This document shows, piece after piece, positions 54,760 to 64,000 of a stretch of 64,000 bases of DNA. The stretch is from Octopus sinensis (taxonomy: Eukaryota), in the NCBI RefSeq assembly GCF_006345805.1, contig NC_042998.1:193626001-193690000 (forward strand). The letters run 5' to 3'. How positions within the stretch are numbered: the stretch's first letter is position 1; each line of letters opens with the position of its first letter. The translations under genes were made by a program, and so were the position numbers. The notes beneath the pieces are model-generated. The model was not told where the DNA came from, searched no databases, and saw only the letters and a program-made list of their open reading frames with translations.

Positions 54760-55143
54760 TCTCTCTCTATATAAACGGCAGTTTGTCTGTGCGTGTTTCT
54801 GTGTGTCTGTTTGCTTGTACCCTCACCCTGACCACGGCTTTCAACCGGTTCTGATGAAACTTGACACACACATAGCCCAATGTCATAATTCAAAACTAAC
54901 GCAGCGAAAATTTTGAAAAGTTCCCCCAGTTCTGAAAAAAATTGATAAATTCGACATGGGGTCGAGAATCAGGAATACGAACCACAAACTGTCTAGGGGA
55001 CGCAACTCTACCTTTTTTAAATCTCAAAAAAAAATTTACCATCATTTTTTCCATTTTTTTGCTATTTTTTGGCTATAACTCTCTAAAAATGCTTTATAGT
55101 TATTTCCCTTACAAACCTGAGCAACGCCGGGCGATACTGCTAG
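54760..55143 (+). mobile_element. Complete non-autonomous Helitron
   Basis: A|TC start, imperfect subterminal hairpin CCTGAGCAACGCCGGG (55116-55131), CTAG|T end, no TSD. Confidence 0.8.
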
Positions 55144-56401
55144 TGTGTCAATAAAATGCACATAATGCCTTAAGTCATTAACTATTGCTGTCGTGTGGTT
55201 GACTTGTTCGTGAAATTATTGATATTTCTTGGAGTAGTCTCTATTAATATCATATTCTTAAAAAGCCATAAAACTGAAAGTATTATATTATTATATAGTC
55301 TTCAGAGTTGAATTTGAAGCGTAAATATCGAAATAACAATATGTCATTTTGCACACATTTTATCGTCTTGTTAAATGATATTCTTCATTTATTCGATATG
55401 AATTATATGCCGTTTCTTTATAAAAAAAAAACAGACACTTTTATTTCTCTCGAATAGACATTTTGTCCCAAAAGTCCAAAAAAAATTTATATCGTTCTTG
55501 TTGTATAATTTGTTTTATATATTTTCTTTATATAATCCATCTAGTTCCTTATATCTGTCAGTATATTTTGATGTTTTATACTTATATTTTTCTCTCAGTT
55601 TTATGCTTTGCACTGAAGCCATATAAAGGAATTCCTATGTGATTAGAAAAATTTCACAAATTCAATTATACAGCGGATGCGGTCACATTTTGCCATTGGC
55701 GTCACATTCCTGATGGGTTTTTACTGTGTGAAAAGACAAGATGGCTGCCAGTAGAATTCGATACTTTTATTTCTTCCTGATCTTCCATTTATTTATTTGT
55801 CTTATTTTTTCCCTTTGCTTTCCTTCTTAAATGTCTCTTTTTTTCTTTCAAACACAAAATTTCTATCCAACTTCAATTTATCATGTCCTTGAGGATAAAT
55901 TTTAAAACATAAGTTCTTTTTTTTTTTGCTAACAATTGGTATCATTTCAATATATTTTATTAATCAAAGTTGCAAATAAATATATATGAATAGGTATATG
56001 TATGCTTCTGTCTCTCATAAAAGTAGAATGAATAATATAAGTACATCGATACACATATGTATACACATATTTGTAGATATATTTAAACATAGATATAGTC
56101 CTATATATACAGATATAGTCCTGTAGTCCTAAATATATGTGTGCGTACATACTTTCGTACATATATGCCAAGCCTGTTTCTATTCCACTAATACTTTCTA
56201 TGAAATAGTTTTATGTATAGATCGATAAATAGATAGACAGATACATACATACACACATACATACATATATATATATATGTGTGTGTGTGCATGCATGTGT
56301 GCGTGTGTATGTATATATATACACATACGTACATACATACATACATACATACATACATACATACATACAAACATACATACATACATACATACATACATAC
56401 A

Positions 56402-56436
<35 letters not shown>

Positions 56437-56458
56437 GTATATATATATATATATATTA

Positions 56459-56622
56459 CGGAGATATGCTTGCATAGCAAGTGACCTGATCTGAGATCGT
56501 GTGCTGGAACGAAAACAATTGCAGCGTGGAAGGTCTTTATAATTTAAATTTAAATGTCGAAGTGAATCTAACGGTTTTTGTGTGTTTCTTAAATGGCTTA
56601 TAAACACCTTCCCCGCTGCAAT

Positions 56623-56627
<5 letters not shown>
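56459..56627. mobile_element. Internally deleted copy of the 5485-5747 element (no HHR)
   Basis: Shared CTTGCATAGCAAGTGACCTGATCTGAGATCGTGTGCTG; inverted AAACAATTGCAGCG..GAAGG / CCTTC..CGCTGCAATTGTTT. Confidence 0.75.
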
Positions 56628-56718
<91 letters not shown>

Positions 56719-57249
56719 CGTTTGAGTGTGTGTGCACGCGTTAATTTATGAGATAAATATGAATGATACCCTAAACCGTGGTTTCTTTCGGTCGGCTCAT
56801 CGGCCATTTTCTAACAGAAAAGTAGACTCGGGATGTAAGCCATGACGACAGAGGAAAAGCCAATACAGAAAGGGAAATTACAGAGGCCGACTTTCTGTGA
56901 AGAAAGCATTAGCCATAATCGTTAGTGTGGAGTATTGAGTTGGATTTCAAACAATGTGGGTGATGATAGGCAATAAGAGAAGATTGTTAAAGAGCAGGTG
57001 ATACGGTGAAAACCAGAAGCAGACAGAGGGGAGAGAGAATTCCTTTGATTAAAATGTTGGAGCATGTTTGTGGGGCACGCCATACCAGTCACTGGAATGG
57101 ACTGAAGTGATAAAAGCAGACATAAATGTACATGCTCACCAATGAGTATACGTACATACAGATACCCACAATACATACAACCGACAAAATCGTATAGTAA
57201 CACATTATAGCTATATACACACACACATACACACACAAACACACACACA

Positions 57250-57298
<49 letters not shown>

Positions 57299-57299
57299 G

Positions 57300-57490
57300 T
57301 CGCCATGATAGTTCGGAAGCCACTACACACATTTTTTTTTCTCTCCTTGCTTTTATCTGTGTCCCTTTCTGTAGAAGAGCGTAGGCACGAAACGTAAAAG
57401 ACTTTTTCAGTTCCTGAGCATTATACTAATACATCTGTTTGTTTTGTACAGCACCTATCTTCGTCTTTTGTTTCTTTCGTGAACTCTCCA
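57300..57490 (+). mobile_element. Penelope-like pLTR fragment with HHR-like motif (57365-57400)
   Basis: CTTT-CTGTAGA-A-GAGC-GTAG-GCAC-GAAA-CG-TA-AAAG; sits between TA tracts. Confidence 0.55.
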
Positions 57491-57495
57491 TATAT

Positions 57496-57537
<42 letters not shown>

Positions 57538-57647
57538 ATATATATAATTTCAACAATTGAGGGTAAAATTAATTAATTAATTATCAATCAATTTCACCAA
57601 GTGTTCAGTATGTAAAGGGACCATTTAAGGCGAATTCAAATTATTAC

Positions 57648-57923
57648 ATTATATAAAAGGGCTTAGTAAAATAAATTACTTTGCCACATACTGAACTCAT
57701 TAGAAATAGCAGCTAAAAAAACTTTTTTAAAACTATTTCTAATACTTAAAGAAAATCTCTCTCACATAGTGCTTGCTCAATTCAACTCACGAAAGCAAGC
57801 ACTATATGAGAGAGATTTTCTTTAAGTATTAGAAATAGTTTTAAAAAAGTTTTTTTAGCTGCTATTTCTAATGAGTTCAGTATGCGGCAAGGTAATTTAT
57901 TTTACTAAGCCCTTTTATATAAT
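57648..57923. repeat. Near-perfect inverted repeat, 130-bp arms, 16-nt loop
   Basis: Arms 57648-57777 and 57794-57923; three mismatches by eye. Confidence 0.92.
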
Positions 57924-59713
57924 ATATATATATATATATATATACATACATATACAGCTCTTACATACACAGTAATATACCTACAAATACACATCCATCA
58001 TACAAACATGGTAAGGGGTCCCCGTCGGTCAGTATTGATTACTTATCTGTATTACATTCGGAGGGTGGTGCAAGCTTTTTGGGAAGGTTAACCGTGTTCC
58101 ATGCAAGCAAGTCTTCCCATTGCGAGCCACCAATTTTGCTTAAGGGAATAACTCCAACTTTGAGGTCCACACAGCTTGGCACCATGCACTCCAACAGGTT
58201 CGGCCTACAAATTACGATCTGCTATAGTCGATGTCGTCAACGTGGACCCCGCAGCTTTTGCTAAGAACTGAAGCAATTACTAGTCACAAATAAAATCAGC
58301 TTATCGACGTGAAACCTGCAATGGTAACTTATCAATAGTATTGTTCTTAATGGCAGTAACACATTTCTCAGTCCTACCGAGACACCATTGGGATCATCAG
58401 ATAAGAAAAAAAGACATTTTTTTGTTTTTGTTTTTGCTTTTTGTTTTGTAGAGGTTGTCAATGACAATAAAGTCATTAGAGGACTGAATAGAGCCGATTT
58501 AATTTACTATTACCTCTCTCTCCACTAAACACTAACGCCTTGTGCCTACGTTAGAAATCAGGGTTGTTGTGAACTGATAGGTTCATTAATAAATATATTT
58601 AATGCTTCTGGAGTATTTATGTCCCCTTATATGCTGTGTTGAAACCCTTCCGAGGTCGACAACTTTGACTTCTCATTCTTCCAGAGTTGATAATAGAGAT
58701 ATTACTCAAACACTAGAATTGAGACAATAGATTATTCCCAACCTAAAAATGTATGATTTATGCTTTTATGAGAAATCATTTACTAACTCTCTTAAATCTT
58801 TTTAAATTATTTCCACCTCTACCAATATTTCAGTAGAATACCTGTTCAAATTTGTATCTATCATCATTATCATTATCATAGTCATATTCAACATAATCGT
58901 CATAACTACCTCCGCCATCATCATCATCATCATCACCATAATCCTCATCATTATTATCATCATCATCATCATCATCTTCATCATCTACTCCATCAATATC
59001 AAACTGGTCAAATATTCTTCATTCAATCATTACATATTTCTTCCGACTCTCATCTCTGCTTTTACCTCTTTGTTTACTTTTTCCTCTTCCTCTTCCTCCT
59101 CCTCCTCCGTCTTCTTCCCCTCCTCCTACGCACTCCCTTCCTCTTTTTATCCATCTCCATCGTATTTCTGCTCTTTTATTATCATCAAGTCTTCTGTGAA
59201 GTTGTGGTCTTCGTTCCCTTCCAATCTGTTTCGTGCCAAAACATTTAGTATCCCCCCCCCCACCGAGTTTCTTTTACTGCTGCTTTATTTTGTGTGTATG
59301 TGTGTTTTCATTCAGTATTTTATTTTTGCTTTTAGCTCCTCTTGGATTTATTTCCACTCCAGTTCCTTGTGACGTTGGTTTTCTTGCTCATTGTCCTTCA
59401 TTTTCTATTTCCCATCTCTGCCAGTTTCAGAAACAGATGTTTTCCATATTTAAGTCATAACGCAAATCTAAAACCTATAATTTTTCTGATTCTCCTTCAA
59501 CGTATTAGTGTCGTCATCATATTCTAATAGCCTCAGGAATATATTTCATAGACAATCATATAACTACCTATATGCATACACATACACACACGCAAACACA
59601 CACATGTGTGTGTGTGTGTGTGGTGTGTGTGTGTATCGAAATGTATGTTAGGAAAATAGGTATACTTGTCAGAAGAACCTTGCGATTTCTGTTGCAGTGT
59701 TTTATGTATAACG

Positions 59714-60240
<527 letters not shown>

Positions 60241-60903
60241 TATAAATATCTCTGTCCTATACAAAATATATGTAAATGCACACTTGACCAGCTTTTCTGT
60301 AAATTTATGAAAGAACACCAACTCATTCAGTGAGTGTTTCATTGATCTCCGTTAGATCGCTGTGATTAAGTAGGCGACCTTGTAATTGGCACCTTCAATA
60401 CGTGTTATTCCATTAGCTCCTACGACTGTAACTGTGGATCATTATCACTGCTATAATTGCTATCACTTCTTCGAGCATAACATCGTAATCATCCTTCTCC
60501 CTGTCGATTCCATTATCAATAAGATACAGAAATTAAGAATATCAGATTAGGATTACGTTTATGTTTATCGTCAGACCATATCTTTGTCAAAACTAAACCT
60601 CAAGTTACTGAAACATAAAGATTTACATGGCAGACAACATAATCTTTAGAAACCTCGTAAGATGTTTACCAATAACGCAATTTCTTCACGTAAACAAAGT
60701 ACACCTTTAATTGCATCCAAAATATTAATCCATGTTAGAACTGATGTCTACTCAAAGCATGAAAAAGTTATCCAACGTGCAGTGATCATACATGTCTTTG
60801 CAATGCATTTCATTATTCCCATTAGTTGTCTAGAATTCCATTTCTTAAGATATCATTGGTTTTTTTTGGGGGGGCGGGGTTACTTTTGTTACCATGCCAC
60901 TTA

Positions 60904-61320
60904 CTCTTTTACTCTTTTACTTGTTTCAGTCATTTTGACTGCGGCCATGCTGGAACACCGCCTTTAATCGAGCAACTCGACCCCGGGACTTGTTCTTTTG
61001 TAAGCCCAGTACTTATTCTATCGGTCTCTTTTGCCGAACCGCTAAGTAACGGAGACATAAACACACCAGCATCGGCTGTCAAGCAATGCTAGGGGACAAA
61101 CACACACACACAAACACACACACACGCATATATATATATATATATTTATACATTTATACGACGGGCTTCTTTCAGTTTCCGTCTACCAAATCCACTCACA
61201 AGGCTTTGGTCGGCCCGAGGCTATTGTAGAAGACACTTGCCCAAGGTGCCAAGCAGTGGGACTGAACCCGGAACCATGTGGTTGGTAAACAAGATACTTA
61301 CCACACAGCCACTCCACGCC
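60904..61320 (-). mobile_element. SINE family B, full length
   Basis: Matches 46191-46698. Confidence 0.9.
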
Positions 61321-61920
61321 ATATATGTTTCTAATAGTTTAATCAATGGGGGAAGAGATTGTCCATAACTCTTTATGGGGCTTCCGTGACTGGAAGTTAT
61401 CTTCTAACCAGAAATGTGACCTAGTGCTTGTAAAAGAGCAGAGTCCGTTAAAGGTACCTAAGGTCCATATGGGAAAGGAAATCAAGTATAAAACAGGAAT
61501 ATTACCACTTGCTTAACTATTTATTTGTGTTACTATATCATTGCCAAGATTATAATTATATAAATTCTAAGGTGACCAGTTTTAATTGTAGTAGAATAAA
61601 ATAAGCACATTGATCTACTATGTTATTGGCACTTATTTTATCGATCTCTGATGAACGGAACGAAACGATAATCTCAACAGAATTTCACCTCCCAATCTGT
61701 AGAGACAGAATTAAAAAGAAAACATTATTCTTGCCACTAACAGCACAAAGCGTATTCGAAGAAACATTTTTTGTATTTCTTGTTGTCCTACTCCTGGTAA
61801 TAATTTCTGTTAATTCCACCACCCAGAAGAAATTCATTCAACAGAATATAGGTTTTCTTCTGGGGTTAAAAAGCAAAGATATGTTTATACTGGGAGTTAA
61901 AAACACGTAATAATTAAAAC

Positions 61921-62035
<115 letters not shown>

Positions 62036-63599
62036 TAAGTATACTCGCTACTTTCTACTTGTTTTGTTCACAGCTGGAGTTTCCAGAATCTTCTGTGGGG
62101 AGCTCTTAGGAAATAGTAGACAATCTCTATGATTTTTTTCGTGTTATACTTGCTTTTGTTCTTTTATGGTTTATACGCAGAAATCCCTAGATATCCCTAA
62201 AATGGTTATGTACAACAGCGAGCTTCTTCAGTGTTGAGTTTATAGGGTTTCCTCTCAGCAGCTGCTACACGGCCCAGCTGGGACATTATTTTGTGGTCTT
62301 GCACGGTCATAAGGTGTTAATGTCCATGATGAACCTACCGAAAGTTGTGCTGTCACTGACCATCTATTCATATTATGCCACGAAAGTAACTATGAACGAG
62401 GGTTTGACGTCTTTGCTGATGCTTCTGACGATGACACTTGTATCATATTTCTTTGCGTCGAATATTGTGGGAATAGTGTATGAACAGATGTATCTCGGAT
62501 AAATTGGCTTAGCACTTTAGCCATTACTTTTTAAATGGACATATTGGTCTATACAACCACCCTCAATGTGTCTGCCCGGATTGTCTCACACACTTCCTCG
62601 GATCGAACAAGGAACCGCTCTCACGTCATGGCCATCGCAAAGCTCAGATAGTTTACTCTCCTTCTCACATGCTCCTCTCTGGTGGATGGTGGTAGACTGG
62701 AGAGTGTCTTGTGAACAATTGCTATCAATTTTTAGTTGTTTGTTGTAAACTGTTTCATATTTTGGCTTCATTTGTAAGAACGCTTACAAATGATGGCGTC
62801 TTTTTATTATTCGCCACGTTTTCGTTTGACGAAGTACGTGAATGTATACCGTTGTAGTTGTTGCCATTACTGTAGTTAAATGTGTTGTCTGTGACATTTT
62901 TTTGTTGTTGAAATGTTAATATTTTTATCATTGTCTGCCATTTATTTGTATATTCATTAATATTTTTATTTTTTGCATATTTCAGTTGTTGTTTTACTTT
63001 GTTCTATAAAATTTTTCCTGGGGGCAGATTCTGAAAAAGAGACCATTTTCGCTTTAGAGTTAGACAGTGAAATAGAATGGAAATACTTTTAAAAGACCAA
63101 TCTTGTTACCTAACCCCGGTACGAGGTAGACAGTTTAAAGTGTTCGATACCTGTTCCTGATAGAAATAATAATCAAAAGGAAACAGTTTTGATTCTATAA
63201 TGCCGACATTAACCAGCGTAGATAATGGTCAATTTTGTCATGCCTTGATTAATACTTCACTGGTGCTAAAACTTTAGATCATTGCAGAATCGGTACTTCG
63301 GGTCTACTCTATTTGTCGTCATATTGGCTTGGAGGTTCCGGGTCAATAAACTTGAACAGCTAAGATAAAGCCTTCGCTCCGTACCTTTAGCCCAGAGCTC
63401 TGTAACTACTGTTTGGGTGTGCTTCTGGTCAGCATTAACTTGTTTGCCACATATTTGTCATGCAAAGGTCTCTGCTCTCACCTATCAGCCAATTTTTCAT
63501 GCGTTTTTTTTTTCCTTGCTATTAATATCACCTTCTTTGAAACAACACTTTTAGCACTTCCCTCAGACTGTTCCGCCTGGATTTCGTGCATGGAGTCAA

Positions 63600-63950
63600 T
63601 AGCAATGCCGGACAAAATGCTTAGAGACATGTTGTCCTTCTTTACGTTCTGAGTTCGAATTCTGCCGTAGTCAACTTCGCTTTTCATCTTTTCGGGGTCG
63701 ACAAAATAAGTATCAGTTAAGTACTGGATCTATGTCAACGACTAACCCCATCTCTCAAAATGTCAGGCCTATAGTAGAGAGGATTATTTTTATCATGATT
63801 TTTTTTTTCAATAATTTTGACAAAAGACCGACAATTATAGGGAAGAGAAATGTCGAATGCATCATCCCCGATATTTGACTAGTACTTTATTTTATCAATT
63901 CCCGAAGATTGTAAGGCAAAGTCGAACTCGGTGGGATTTGAATTCAGGAC
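63600..63950. mobile_element. Two decayed SINE A-related copies in opposite orientations
   Basis: TTACGTTCTGAGTTCGAATTCTGCCG (+) and GGCAAAGTCGAACTCGG..ATTTGAA (-). Confidence 0.65.
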
Positions 63951-64000
63951 CTAAACAGCTGTAAAGAACAAGAACGTTTTGAAAACTATCAAAATCTCAA

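Noticed and set aside
62050-62780. Possible exon or transposase remnant
   Set aside because: All frames close quickly; only a faint VIVRS..DV resemblance, too weak to call.

Overview
Eukaryotic, AT-rich, microsatellite-dense, non-coding (intergenic or intronic) DNA. The repeat complement looks most like a coleoid cephalopod (Octopus-type) genome; this is an inference, not a database result. No intact host protein-coding gene can be supported, and most long ORFs in the track are translations of simple repeats. The window holds: several tRNA-headed SINE families (family A with many tandem multimers; family B; family C); truncated non-LTR retrotransposons (RTE, R4/Dong-like, an APE endonuclease fragment); Helitron, mariner/Tc1 and Merlin-like remnants; recent local duplications; and long foldback palindromes. 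Main signals worth follow-up: (1) short Penelope-like elements carrying minimal hammerhead ribozyme (HHR) folds, including one with a compensatory G3-C8 core swap (5602-5652) and one fused behind a tRNA/Pol III head (29896-30155); (2) a GGT(A) target-site preference of SINE A that would explain its self-insertion multimers; (3) an RTE copy with twin-priming-type 5' inversion geometry; (4) an apparently identical 302-bp copy pasted into an old retroelement.
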